Shown here: one piece after another, positions 38,957-48,694 of the stretch | How positions within the stretch are numbered: the stretch's first letter is position 1 | Layout: each line of letters opens with the position of its first letter | NCBI GenBank assembly: GCA_963761125.1 | Contig: CAVXFV010000004.1 | Span: forward strand, 264,544-328,543 | Direction of reading: 5' to 3' | Source of the DNA: Candidatus Latescibacterota bacterium | GTDB taxonomy: Bacteria; Krumholzibacteriota; Krumholzibacteriia; WVZY01; JAKEHA01 | Length of the DNA stretch: 64,000 bases | Notes under the pieces: model-generated | What the model saw: the letters and a program-made list of their open reading frames with translations, nothing else | The model's database searches: none | Told to the model about the DNA's origin: nothing | Made by a program: the position numbers and the translations under genes

Positions 38957-39633
38957 TCACGGCGACTTCGCTTCGTCGTAGCGGGAGACGATCTCGATCT
39001 TGTCGCCGGTTTGGAGTTTGATCTCGGTGGCGACTTCCAGGCGCCCCTCGTCGTCGATGCGATAGATGCGCGTGACGTCGTGCCCGTTGATCGTCGTCGT
39101 GAGCACGAGCGAGAGTTCCTTCCACTCGCCTTTGACGTCGGTCTCGCCGAGCAGCGTCTTGGTCTTGTGCTCCTTGCCGTCGGGAATCACGGTGACGGTA
39201 TCGCGGCCTTCGGGGATCAGCGTCAGCTTGCGGTCGTCCTGAAGGATCACGAGTTTTTTCGGCGTGTCCATCGGGTGCATGCGCGGTTGTGCATCGGCGC
39301 CGCGTTCGTCGCCATCCGGCGGGCCGCCACGGCCTTCGTCGCCGTCACCATCTCCGCCGCCCCATCCGCCATGACCGTGCCCGCGCCGCCGCCCCAACCG
39401 CCTCCGCCGGGACCACCGCCACCCTCCGGCGGACCACCGCCCTGACCGCCGTGACCGTGCATCTCCTGCATCTTCTTGCGAATCACATCGCGGGGATTAT
39501 CGGAGCGATCGGGATTGAGCACCCACGTGCCCGAGATGTCGACGCCCACCAGTTGCGCGGACCCGCCGCGCGCGACGACCAACAGCAAACCGGCGGCCAT
39601 CGCCGCCGGCATCCACGCAGTCTTCCTCGACAT
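38957..39633 (-). pseudogene. secreted Gly/His-rich protein with C-terminal globular domain; apparent frame break inside the Gly-rich tract (~39370-39440)
   Basis: ATG 39633 (RBS GGAGG). Signal MSRKTAWMPAAMAAGLLLVVARGGSA, then ...MHGHGGQGGGPPEGGGGPGGGGWGGG in ORF 39247..39957. It continues as GHGHGGWGGGDGDGDEGRGGPPDGDE...PKKLVILQDDRKLTLIPEG... in ORF 38957..39397. Confidence 0.6.
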
Positions 39634-39698
39634 GTCAGTCCTCCAGAGAAAGAAGCCGGGGGCGGGGTGGGGGACGCCCCCGGCATTACCGAGACGAA

Positions 39699-40674
39699 CT
39701 AGAAATCGCGCGGGCCCCGCGGTTGAAGTCGGCGAATGATGTCCATGCGCTCGGACTGCTCCTGCGTGAGCACGCCGTCGAGCGCCTGTTTCATCGCGTC
39801 GTGGGTCTCGCGCATCTGAAGCCGGCTCGCGTCGCGTGCGAGGGTGCCCTCGCGCACGCCTTCGAGTGCCGCCTTCTCTTTGGCCGTGGTCGCCTGCAGT
39901 GCGGTCTTGAGCTGGGACGTCTGGGAGGCGTCCAGTCCGAGGACCGTCGCGAGCCACGTCAGGTGCGCCTCGGTTCGGTCGTTCAGGTGTTCGATCCGGC
40001 GATCGAGCATCGTGTTCATGCGGTCTTCATGGGCCGCGTCGAATTTCGCCAGCTGGTCGGGTGTCAGAATGGTCGCGAGCTTCGCATGCGCGGCCTCGTG
40101 CAACGCACGCATCTTGTCCGGGACCTGGTCGCGCGTCACGGAACCGTCCTGGATGGACGCGTGCAGCGCCTCCATCTGCGTCTTCATGTCGGCGTGCAGC
40201 GCGTCGACGGCGGTCTTCTGATCGGCGGACAGCCCGAGCGACGCGACGAGCTTCGCCTCGCGGTCGAGGCCGTTGCCGCGGCGTTCGCGGGCCGTCGTGC
40301 GCGCGGCCTTCATCTGCTGATCGCGAAACGCGGCCAGGTAGTCGACGATGCTCGAGAGCTGCGAATTGTCCAGCGACGGCGCCACCGGCGGCGATGAAGT
40401 CCATGCCCGCGTGGTGCCGGTCGAACGGCGTCCGGTCGACGCGGCCGCGGCGTTCTTCTGCCATGCGGCGAGCGCGGTCTGGACGACGGCCGCGTCGGCG
40501 TCGTCCAGCGTGACGGCCTTCTGAATGTCGGAGAACGCGGGAACGGCGGCCGTGGTGGCCGTGCTCGACGCGTCCGTCCGCGTTGACCGTGTCGCCGGAG
40601 CTGCAACCCGTCCCGGCCATCGCGAGTGTCGCGATCATGCCGGCGGCGACGATCATATGAAGTTTGCGGATCAT
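39699..40674 (-). pseudogene. Spy/CpxP-like periplasmic lipoprotein (LTxxQ repeats); apparent frame break ~40570-40585
   Basis: Lipobox MIRKLHMIVAAGMIATLAMAGTGC at ATG 40674. The body frame (ORF 39699..40385) stays open upstream as AVPAFSDIQKAVTLDDADAAVVQTALAAWQKN. Motifs LSADQKTAV, LTPDQLAKF, LDASQTSQL, LTQEQSERM. Confidence 0.65.
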
Positions 40675-40739
40675 GAGAGCCTCCTGTGTGGGTGTCGCGA
40701 AGTTGGACCGCCCACGCGCTGTCGTTCTTGCAAAAAAAA

Positions 40740-41258
40740 CTACGGCTGATCGGATGGATCGTCGTCATCGGGTGGCGGACCCGGAGGACCGTCGCCGCGC
40801 ATGTGCATGATCGCGTCCATCAGGTGTTCGCGCTGATCGGGCGAGAGCGTCTTGCCGAGCGTGATCATCTGATCGGTGGCGCGCCGCGCGATCTCCAGCC
40901 GGTTCGCGGAGATCTGCTGCAGCAGCGAATCGATGTGCGCGCGCGGGACGGGGTCGTCGCGCATCGAGGCGATCACGTCTTCTTCCATCATGCGAGTCTG
41001 GCGCATCATGTCGCCGTTCTTCTCGTGAAATGCCTTCATCGATGCGAACAGCTTCTTGCGCTCTTCGGGTCCGAGTTGACCCATCATGCGCTGATGAAGC
41101 CGCGCCCGATCGCCCATGCGCGCCGCGCCGCGATCGCCGCCGTGGTGCCATGGTGGCGACGAGCGATGGTGCACGTGCACGAACACAAACGCGCCGAGTG
41201 CCGCGAGATTCATCACCATCAGGAGCGCCAGGGCGCCGACCAGGAGTTTGACCTTCAT
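40740..41258 (-). CDS. periplasmic Spy/CpxP/ZraP-like protein (membrane-anchored)
   Basis: 172 aa. N-terminal hydrophobic span, His-rich segment HVHHRSSPPWHHGG, LSPDQREHL motif. It overlaps the anti-sigma gene stop. Confidence 0.7.
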   Translation of the reverse strand: MKVKLLVGALALLMVMNLAALGAFVFVHVHHRSSPPWHHGGDRGAARMGDRARLHQRMMGQLGPEERKKLFASMKAFHEKNGDMMRQTRMMEEDVIASMRDDPVPRAHIDSLLQQISANRLEIARRATDQMITLGKTLSPDQREHLMDAIMHMRGDGPPGPPPDDDDPSDQP

Positions 41259-41659
41259 TGCTGCACCTCGTTATCGGAAACATCCCAGGCCTGCAGGTCG
41301 TCGGCGAATCCGGTCTGCGACAACACGCTCCACAGCGCGGCGACCGTCTCGGTCGGTGCGGTCTCGGTGACCGATTCGCTTGCGCGCGCGCTCACCACCG
41401 ACGTCCCGGCGGTATAGCCGACATAGCTGCCGATCGCGAATGCGATCGCGACCCCGGTCGCGGCGAGCGAGACGGGCAGCCAGCGGCGGCGCCGCGGCGC
41501 GGGCGCCAGCATACCGGCGTTTCCGAACTCCCGGCTCATCGCGCGGATACGCGTCGGCAGATGGGGATCCGGTTCGAGCGACGGAATCGACTCCGGCCCG
41601 GTGCGCTGGAGCAGCCGGGTGAGTCGGGCGTCGCGTTCTTCGTCGTGCGAGTGCGTCAT
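41255..41659 (-). CDS. putative membrane-anchored anti-sigma factor
   Basis: 134 aa with a single central TM segment (WLPVSLAATGVAIAFAIGSYVGY). It lies immediately downstream of the ECF sigma gene. Confidence 0.6.
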   Translation of the reverse strand: MTHSHDEERDARLTRLLQRTGPESIPSLEPDPHLPTRIRAMSREFGNAGMLAPAPRRRRWLPVSLAATGVAIAFAIGSYVGYTAGTSVVSARASESVTETAPTETVAALWSVLSQTGFADDLQAWDVSDNEVQQ

Positions 41660-41722
41660 GATGTCACGTCCACTGAGTTGGACCGCGGAGCAGTCCGGTT
41701 TCTTGCGCCCTTTTCGCGCGGG

Positions 41723-42331
41723 TCAAAGCGCGTCGAGCAACGGGCCGAGCACTTTCGCCAACTGCTTGCGCGCCCGATGGATCCGCGCCTCGACCGCCGA
41801 GAGCGAGAGCCCCATCGTGTCCGCGATCTCGAGGTAGCTCAGTTCTTCATAGTGATAGAGCACCAGCGGAACCCGGTACTTGGGGTCGAGCGACTGGATC
41901 GCCCGCCACACGCGGTGTGCGCGCTCACCGGACTCGACGACCGCGTCCGCCTGCGGCGTCTCGCCGCGCTCGAGGAAGCGCGGGTCGACCGTCTCATCCT
42001 GCAGGACGTCGGCGATCGACCGGTCGAGCAGGTTGATCCACTTCGCCCGGCGCTCGCGCTTGAGGTGGCTCAACACATGGTTCACGGTGATCCGGTAGAT
42101 CCACGTGAACACGTCGGACCGTTCCTCGAACGTGTCCATGCGCTCGAAGACCTTGATCCAGACTTCCTGCGCGAGGTCGCGCGCCGATTCCTCGTTGCCG
42201 GTCATCCGGTACGTCAGGTTGAGCACGCGTCCGCCATAGCGGTCGTACATCGCCTCGAACGAGGCGATCTCGGGCTCGTCCGGTCCGGAGGTCGGCTCCG
42301 GCCGGGGCGTTTGTTTGGATGATACCGCCAC
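41723..42331 (-). CDS. ECF-type RNA polymerase sigma-70 factor
   Basis: 202 aa. Region 2: ARDLAQEVWIKVFERMDTF...WIYRITVNHVLSHLKRERR. Region 4: LSYLEIADTMGLSLSAVEARIHRARKQL. Confidence 0.9.
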   Translation of the reverse strand: MAVSSKQTPRPEPTSGPDEPEIASFEAMYDRYGGRVLNLTYRMTGNEESARDLAQEVWIKVFERMDTFEERSDVFTWIYRITVNHVLSHLKRERRAKWINLLDRSIADVLQDETVDPRFLERGETPQADAVVESGERAHRVWRAIQSLDPKYRVPLVLYHYEELSYLEIADTMGLSLSAVEARIHRARKQLAKVLGPLLDAL

Positions 42332-42490
42332 GAGTCAATGATAGTTGGTCCACGGGGTCGGCCCCATTCACTTCGACCCCCGGGGAGCAGATTTCTTGCG
42401 GATTTTTTGGCGCATTCGGTGATTTGCGCGATGCGGTGGGAGCGGTATCCTTTTGGACAGCCGCACGATCCACCGGCGCAAGGGGATGAA

Positions 42491-43279
42491 ATGATCGCAC
42501 GAACCGCACTCGTCACCGGGGCCAACCGGGGGCTGGGGCTGGAGACGGCCCGGCAGCTCGGCGCGCGCGGTTTTCGGGTGATCCTGACGAGCCGCAACGA
42601 GCCGGAAGGTTACGCCGCCGCGCACGAACTGGTGGCCGAGGGGCTCGCGGTGGAACATCGCCTGCTCGATGTCGCAAGTCGCGCGAGCATCGACGGGCTG
42701 GTGGACGGTCTCACTCGCGACGGCGCGCGGCTGGGCGTCCTGGTGAACAACGCCGGCATCGCGCCGAAGGGATTCAGCGCCGACATCCTCAAGAAGACGC
42801 TCGACGTCAACTTCTACGGCGCCGAGCGCGTGACCGACGCGTTGCTTCCGTTCATCGACGACGGCGGTTGCGTGCTGATGGTGTCCAGCAGTCTCGGCGA
42901 GTTGTCGGGCGGATACAGTCCCGCGATCCGCAAGCGCCTGCTCGAACCCGATCTCCCGCGCGCCGAACTCCACGAGTTGTTGAACGCACTCGTCCGCGCC
43001 GTCGAACACTCGCGCCAGGCCGATACCGGGTGGCCGTCGTCGGCGTACCGGATTTCCAAGGCGGCGCTTAACGCACTCACGCGCATTTTCGCGCGCGAAC
43101 TGGCAGGCCGCCGGGTGCGCGTGAATGCGGTTTGCCCCGGATGGGTGCGCACGGACATGGGGACCGCAAACGCAACGCGGAGCGTCGAAGAGGGCGCCGC
43201 GTCGATCGTGTGGGCGGCGTCCCTGGACGACGGACCGACCGGCGGCTTCTACCGGGACGGTCAGCCGCTGCCGTGGTGA
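42491..43279 (+). CDS. SDR family oxidoreductase (carbonyl-reductase-like)
   Basis: ATG 42491. TALVTGANRGLGLE, NNAG and SAYRISKAALNALTR (YxxxK). Confidence 0.9.
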   Translation: MIARTALVTGANRGLGLETARQLGARGFRVILTSRNEPEGYAAAHELVAEGLAVEHRLLDVASRASIDGLVDGLTRDGARLGVLVNNAGIAPKGFSADILKKTLDVNFYGAERVTDALLPFIDDGGCVLMVSSSLGELSGGYSPAIRKRLLEPDLPRAELHELLNALVRAVEHSRQADTGWPSSAYRISKAALNALTRIFARELAGRRVRVNAVCPGWVRTDMGTANATRSVEEGAASIVWAASLDDGPTGGFYRDGQPLPW

Positions 43280-43396
43280 TCGGCGCCCGGCGACGCCCGC
43301 CGCGCGTGCCTCTCCCCGCGGCCGCGGTTCTATAGTAAACTGTGAATCGCGTCCCGCCCGGGGACGCCCCGTCCTCACCGGCTCGGAGGCAATTCG

Positions 43397-44203
43397 ATGG
43401 CCGATTCCAACCTCGAGTCCCAGATTCGCGCCGCGACCGTCTACGAAGAGTTCTTCGTTCCCGCACTGTTCGATCAGTGGGCGGAGCCGCTCGCGAACGC
43501 GGTCGGCGTTCGCGCTGGGAGCCGCGTACTCGACGTCGCATGCGGGACGGGCGTGTTCGCGCGGGCCGCGGCCCGGGTCGCGGGGCCCACGGGATTCGTC
43601 GCGGGCGTCGATCTCAACCCGGGGATGATCACCGTCGCGAGTCGCATCCTGCCGGATATCGAGTGGCGACAGGGCAGCGTCGACGCGCTGCCGTACGACG
43701 ACAGGGCGTTCGACGCCGTCGCCAGCCAGTTCGGGCTGATGTTCTTCGAGGATCGCGCCGCCGCGCTACGCGAGATGGGTCGCGTGACCGCTCCCGGCGG
43801 CCGCGTCGCCGTGGCGGTGTGGGACGCGCTCGACAACATCCCCGCGTATTCCATTCTGGTGGCGCTGATCCAGCACCTCGTCAACAAGCGCGCGGCGAAT
43901 GCGCTGCGCGCGCCGTTCGTGCTGGGCGACCCGACGGCCGTGCGCGGAATCTTCGCGGAGGCGGGGCTCGGACCCGTCACGCTGGAGACGCACACGGGCG
44001 CCGCGCACTATCCGAGCATTCGTTCATGGGTGCTGACCGACGTGAAGGGGTGGTTTCCGCTGGTCGACATATTTCTCGAGAAGCGCGAGTACGAGCGTCT
44101 GGCGACCGAGGCCGAGCGGGCGCTGGCGATGTTCACGCTGCCCAACGGCATGGTGGAGTTCCCGATCTCCGTCCACATCGCGACGGCGGAGGTATCGTCA
44201 TGA
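43397..44203 (+). CDS. class I SAM-dependent methyltransferase
   Basis: 268 aa. SAM-binding motif VLDVACGTGVFAR. FDAVASQFGLMFF. Confidence 0.9.
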   Translation: MADSNLESQIRAATVYEEFFVPALFDQWAEPLANAVGVRAGSRVLDVACGTGVFARAAARVAGPTGFVAGVDLNPGMITVASRILPDIEWRQGSVDALPYDDRAFDAVASQFGLMFFEDRAAALREMGRVTAPGGRVAVAVWDALDNIPAYSILVALIQHLVNKRAANALRAPFVLGDPTAVRGIFAEAGLGPVTLETHTGAAHYPSIRSWVLTDVKGWFPLVDIFLEKREYERLATEAERALAMFTLPNGMVEFPISVHIATAEVSS

Positions 44204-44658
44204 ACATGAATCGCGCCTTGCTCATCATTGGGACCGCGGTCGCGGCGATCGCGTGGAGCGGGATCGCTGTCGCGCGGCCGGCGAAGATTCTGGGATTCGA
44301 AGACCTGTGGGCAGCCGCCACCGTGGTCGCGATCGGAACCGTAGAGTCCAGCGCGGACGACCCGTCCTGGGCGCCCGGGGCGAACGACCGCTTCGTTCCG
44401 GTACGCACCGTGTTTCGCCTGGAGCATGTGCTCAAGGGGGACGTGGCCGATTCGACGCTGGTTCTGGAGCACCAGCGCCCGACCGGAACTGCGCTCACGG
44501 AAATCGACGGACCGGACTACGTCGAGTTCGATGCGTCGCAGTCGCCGCGCTATCTGATGTTTCTTCGCCCGACGTCGACCGGTGGGTACGAGCCGGCCTC
44601 GCCCGAGCCGTCGAACTCGTTCATGCGTCTGGGGCCGTCGTTTGAGATGAGCAAGTAG
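44200..44658 (+). CDS. hypothetical secreted protein
   Basis: ATGA overlap with the methyltransferase stop. Signal MNMNRALLIIGTAVAAIAWSGIAVA. It is the last 152 codons of artefactual ORF 43342..44658. Confidence 0.6.
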   Translation: MNMNRALLIIGTAVAAIAWSGIAVARPAKILGFEDLWAAATVVAIGTVESSADDPSWAPGANDRFVPVRTVFRLEHVLKGDVADSTLVLEHQRPTGTALTEIDGPDYVEFDASQSPRYLMFLRPTSTGGYEPASPEPSNSFMRLGPSFEMSK

Positions 44659-44665
44659 AGAGCGA

Positions 44666-45031
44666 CTACTTCAGGTCGGGGCGGTGGAGCTGGCCGATGG
44701 CGTTGAGGTCATCGCGGAACTGATCGCTCAAGCGGCCGCACACCAGATCGCACAGCTGAAAGATCGACGCGTCCGACACCCGGTAATACGCCAGCAGTCC
44801 GTCCTTCCGCCGGCGCACGAAGCCCGCCCGCAACAGAATCTGCAGGTGTTTGCTGACGTTGGCCTGGCTCGCGCCCGAGGCCTGGACCAGCGCCCCGACC
44901 GACATCTCCTGGTCACCCAGCAGGTGGAGCAGGTGCAGCCGAAGCGGGTCACCCAGAACCCGAAACCGCTCCGCTACCAACGTAAGACTGTTTTTTTCTA
45001 AAGGTTTACGTTTTTCCATCGTCGCCCTCAA
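44666..45031 (-). CDS. ArsR/SmtB family transcriptional regulator
   Basis: 121 aa. FRVLGDPLRLHLLHLL...MSVGALVQASGASQANVSKHLQILLRAGFVRRRKDG. Confidence 0.9.
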   Translation of the reverse strand: MRATMEKRKPLEKNSLTLVAERFRVLGDPLRLHLLHLLGDQEMSVGALVQASGASQANVSKHLQILLRAGFVRRRKDGLLAYYRVSDASIFQLCDLVCGRLSDQFRDDLNAIGQLHRPDLK

Positions 45032-45077
45032 AGAGGTGGCTTGACATCATCAGGCCACTGTTATATAACTACACAAT

Positions 45078-45091
45078 CATATAATTATGTG
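45078..45091. promoter_or_regulatory. AT-rich near-palindrome in the divergent arsR/DUF2892 promoter region (candidate ArsR operator or -10)
   Basis: catATAATTATgtg is centred on the perfect palindrome ATAATTAT (45081-45088), inside the only AT-rich stretch (about 45040-45115) between the divergent genes. Confidence 0.4.
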
Positions 45092-45164
45092 GCTGATCAC
45101 TCAATCAATAATATGAGTCGCGTCGGCCGCTGACAAGCCCAAGCCCGCAGAAATCGGAGGAATC

Positions 45165-45428
45165 ATGAACTCGAAAACAGACACCCCGGCCGCCAGGTGC
45201 GCCCGGCCCAGCTGGAACGAACGCATGATCCGGCGCTTCGCCGGGGTCTTCGTGCTCGTGTCGCTCGCGCTCGGCTGGAAGGTTCATCCGGGATGGTTCG
45301 CATTCACCGCGTTCGTCGGCGTGAATCTGCTGCAGTCGAGTTTCACCAACTTCTGTCCCCTCGAGTACATACTGCGCCGGTTCGATCCGGAACGCCGTAC
45401 CGCGCACACGCATCCGGTCGCGCACTAA
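45165..45428 (+). CDS. DUF2892 (YgaP-like) small membrane protein
   Basis: 87 aa. ERMIRRFAGVFVLVSLALGW...FVGVNLLQSSFTNFCPLEYIL. Confidence 0.8.
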   Translation: MNSKTDTPAARCARPSWNERMIRRFAGVFVLVSLALGWKVHPGWFAFTAFVGVNLLQSSFTNFCPLEYILRRFDPERRTAHTHPVAH

Positions 45429-45464
45429 CTTGCACCCCCACCCGAGACGAAAGCGAGTTCGACG

Positions 45465-47810
45465 ATGAAGCGACTCTTTCCGGGCTTCCCGATCCGTCAC
45501 CCCAAACTTGTGATGGTGATCATCGGCGCGATCACGCTCGCAGCACTCGTGCAATTGCCGAAGATCAAGATCGATACCGATCCCGAGAACATGCTGCCCG
45601 CCGACGAGCCGGTGCGCGTGATCCACAAGAGCGTCAAAGCGGCGTTCAACCTCGACGACTTCCTCGTGCTGGGCGTCGTCGACGATCGCACCGTGTTCAC
45701 GCCCGAGATCCTGGGACGCGTGAAGACGATCACGGACTCGCTCCGCGACATGGACGGTGTCATCGCCGATGACATTCTCGCACCCAGCGAGGTCGACGAC
45801 ATCATTCCGGAGGAGGGCGGCGGCATTCGCGTGCAGACGCTGATGGAAACCGTGCCTACCAATGAGGCCGAAGCCCACCAGGTGCTGGTGCAGATTCGCG
45901 AGAACCCGATTCTCCGGGGCAAGCTCGCGTCCGACGACGGCAAGGCGCTCGGCGATCTTCATCCCGCTCAAGAGCAAGACCGTCGCCATGGAAGTGGGCG
46001 AGAAGGTCAAGGCACTCATCGCAAAAGATCACGGCGCGGAGCAGTACTACCTGGCGGGGCAGCCGATCGCGCAGGACACCTTTGGCGCGGCGATGTTCCA
46101 GCAGATGGCGTATTCGGCGCCGGCGGCGTTCGTCCTCATCTTCCTGTTGATGCTGTTCTTCTTCCGGCGCTGGAAGGTGGTCCTCGCGCCGATGATCCTT
46201 TCGGTGATCACCGTGATCTGGACGATGGGCCTGCTGGTGGGGATGGGCTATACGGTCCACATCATGAGTTCGATGATTCCCATCTTCCTGATTCCGATCG
46301 CGGTCTTGAACAGCATCCACATTCTGAGTTCGGTCCACGCCAACTATCACCAGAAAGAGAGTATGGAGGAGACGCTCTACCACACGATGCGCGAGCTGTT
46401 CCTTCCCATGGCATTCACGTCGCTCACCACGGTGGTCGGATTCGCCTCGCTCCTGTCGACGCCCATCCCGCCCGTGCAGGTGTTCGGCGCGTTCGTCGCG
46501 TTCGGCGTGCTGGTCGCGTGGATTCTCTCGCTGGTCTTCATACCCGCGTATGCGATGCTCATGCCGCCGTCGACCCTGGACAAGTTCGGACGACGCACGA
46601 AGGCGCCGCGGCGCCCGACCAGTACCTGCACCGGATCCATCGCTTTTCGGTGAAGCACCGCGTCGGCGTCCTCGTCGGCATCACCGCCATCATGCTGGTC
46701 GCCGGGTACGGCGTCACGCGGATCGTGGTCAACGACAACCCGGTGTACTGGTTCAAACCCGGGAGTCCCCTGCGCGTGGCCGACAAGGTGATGAACCAGC
46801 ATCTGCCGGGGACGTACCTCGCCTACGTGCAACTCGCGGGTCCGTCCGACGAGGCGTTTCTCGATCCCGCGTGGATGAGCTGGGCCGAACGCCTGCAGAA
46901 CGAGATCGCCAAGCAGCCCAATGTCGGCGCCGCGAATTCGGTGGTCGACGTCCTGAAGAAGGTTCAGTACGAACTGCTAAGCCGCGCACCCGGCAGCGCG
47001 ACGCTGGCGGACTCGAGAGAGAAGATCGCGCAGTATCTCTTCCTCTACGAGATGAGCGGCGGCTCCCCGGACGACCTGTTCAAGTTCATCACGCCCAACC
47101 AGGACAAGATCAACATCTGGGTCCAGATGCATCGCGGCGACAATCGGGACGTGCGCGCGGCTGTCGACGGCGTGCAGAGCTGGATCGACGACAATCCGCC
47201 ACCGGCCGGGCTGGACGTGAAGTGGGCGGGCCTGAGCTACATTAACGTGAAGTGGCAGCAGCTCATGGTGCGCGGTATGGCGAGGGCGCTGGCGGGATCG
47301 TGGTTGGTGGTGCTCGTCATGATGGTCTTCCTGTTCCGCAGTCTGCGGCTCGGCCTGCTCGCGATGATTCCGCTCACGGCGACGATTCTGATCACCTACG
47401 GGTGGGTGGGATTGACGGGACGCAACTATGACATGCCCATCGCCGTCTTGAGCAGCCTGTCGCTGGGATTGTCGATCGACTTCGCGATCCACTTCATCCA
47501 GCGAACGCGGGACATCTATCGCCGGCACAGCGGCAACTTCCAGCGGACGATGCAGGTGTTTTTTCACGAACCGGCCCAGGCGCTGGCGCGGAACATCGTC
47601 GTGATCGCGCTGGGCTTCGTTCCGATGTTCTTCGCGACTCTCGTGCCCTACCAGACCGTGGGCGCGTTCTTCTTCGCCATCATGCTCATCAGCGGCGCGG
47701 CGACGTTCCTGATCATGCCGGCCGCGCTGTCGTACTTTCCCTCGCACGTGATCGCCGGCTTCCGGCATCGCACGGCGGCGGATGGATCACTCGAAAAAGC
47801 GGCCGCGTAG
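45465..47810 (+). pseudogene. MMPL/RND-superfamily transporter; two compensating frame breaks (~45948-45953 and ~46588-46596)
   Basis: The outer parts are in ORF 45465..47810. The conserved first TM bundle (AMFQQMAYSAPAAFVLIFLLMLFFFRRWKVVLAPMILSVITVIWTMGLLV...) is only in ORF 45862..46653. In the long ORF's frame the middle is Arg/Gly/Pro junk. Confidence 0.85.
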
Positions 47811-47835
47811 GCGAGCCGCGAGGAGGTTGGACTCA

Positions 47836-48648
47836 ATGACGAAACGCACATGGATCGCCGCGATGCTTGCGGTGGGCGCCGCGGTGCTGCTGAACGGGTC
47901 GCCGGTCTGCGCGCAGACACCCGACGCCGAGGCCCTGATGAAGCAGGCGCATCTCAACATGTATTACGCGGGTGACGACGGGTCGGCGCGCGTCAAGATG
48001 ACGATCACCGACAAGAACGGCAAGACGCGCGAGCGCGACTTCACGATCCTTCGCAAGGACTTCGCCGACGGCGGCGAGCAGCGCTACTACGTTTATTTCT
48101 ACGAACCCAACGACGTCCGTCGAACGACATTCATGGCGTGGAAGAATCCCAACGGCGACGACGCGCGCTGGATCTACGTGCCGTCTCTCGATCTGGTCAA
48201 GCCGCTCTCGGCGAACGACAAGAAGAGCAGCTTCGTCGGCAGCGACTTCGCCTACGAGGACGTCTCCGGCCGCCACTGGAGCGAGGATTCGCACAAGTTC
48301 CTCCGCGACGAAGAGAAGAACGGCTACCAGACCTATGTGATCGAGAGCACGCCGAAGCAGAGCGACTACTTCGCCCGCAAGGTGACGTGGATCGACAAGG
48401 CCACGATGCTGATCGTGCGCGAGGAGTATTACGACTCGAAAAACGAGACGCTCAAGGTGCTCGAAGTGAATAAGATCGAAACCGCCGACGGTCATCCCAC
48501 CGCCGTGGAACGGACGATGAGCACGCCACGCAAGGGTAACAGCACCCACATCGTGTTCAGCGACGTGCGCTACGACCTCGGTATCAAGGAAGACATCTTC
48601 ACCGAGCGGTACCTCAAGAGCCCGCCGCACGAGTACATCACCCCGTAG
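47836..48648 (+). CDS. outer-membrane lipoprotein-sorting (LolA-like) protein
   Basis: ATG 47836 with AGGAGG upstream. Signal peptide. MTITDKNGKTRERDFTILRKDF...YFYEPNDVRRTTFMAW...WIYVPSLDLVKPLSANDKKSSFVGSDFAYEDV. Confidence 0.8.
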   Translation: MTKRTWIAAMLAVGAAVLLNGSPVCAQTPDAEALMKQAHLNMYYAGDDGSARVKMTITDKNGKTRERDFTILRKDFADGGEQRYYVYFYEPNDVRRTTFMAWKNPNGDDARWIYVPSLDLVKPLSANDKKSSFVGSDFAYEDVSGRHWSEDSHKFLRDEEKNGYQTYVIESTPKQSDYFARKVTWIDKATMLIVREEYYDSKNETLKVLEVNKIETADGHPTAVERTMSTPRKGNSTHIVFSDVRYDLGIKEDIFTERYLKSPPHEYITP

Positions 48649-48694
48649 GCCGGTGCGGTCGCATGTCGTTCACGACTAGAAAGGGTTCACGACG

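Noticed and set aside
42332-42490. ECF-type autoregulatory promoter (GGAAC-N16-CGTC-like) upstream of the sigma gene.
   Set aside because: I could not find a convincing -35/-10 pair by eye. Only a short GGGGTCGGCCCC hairpin is present.
43342-44658. 438-aa ORF spanning the methyltransferase locus.
   Set aside because: The first ~285 codons are Arg-rich junk overlapping the well-supported methyltransferase (43397..44203) in another frame. Only the last 152 codons, from ATG 44200 with a signal peptide, look real.
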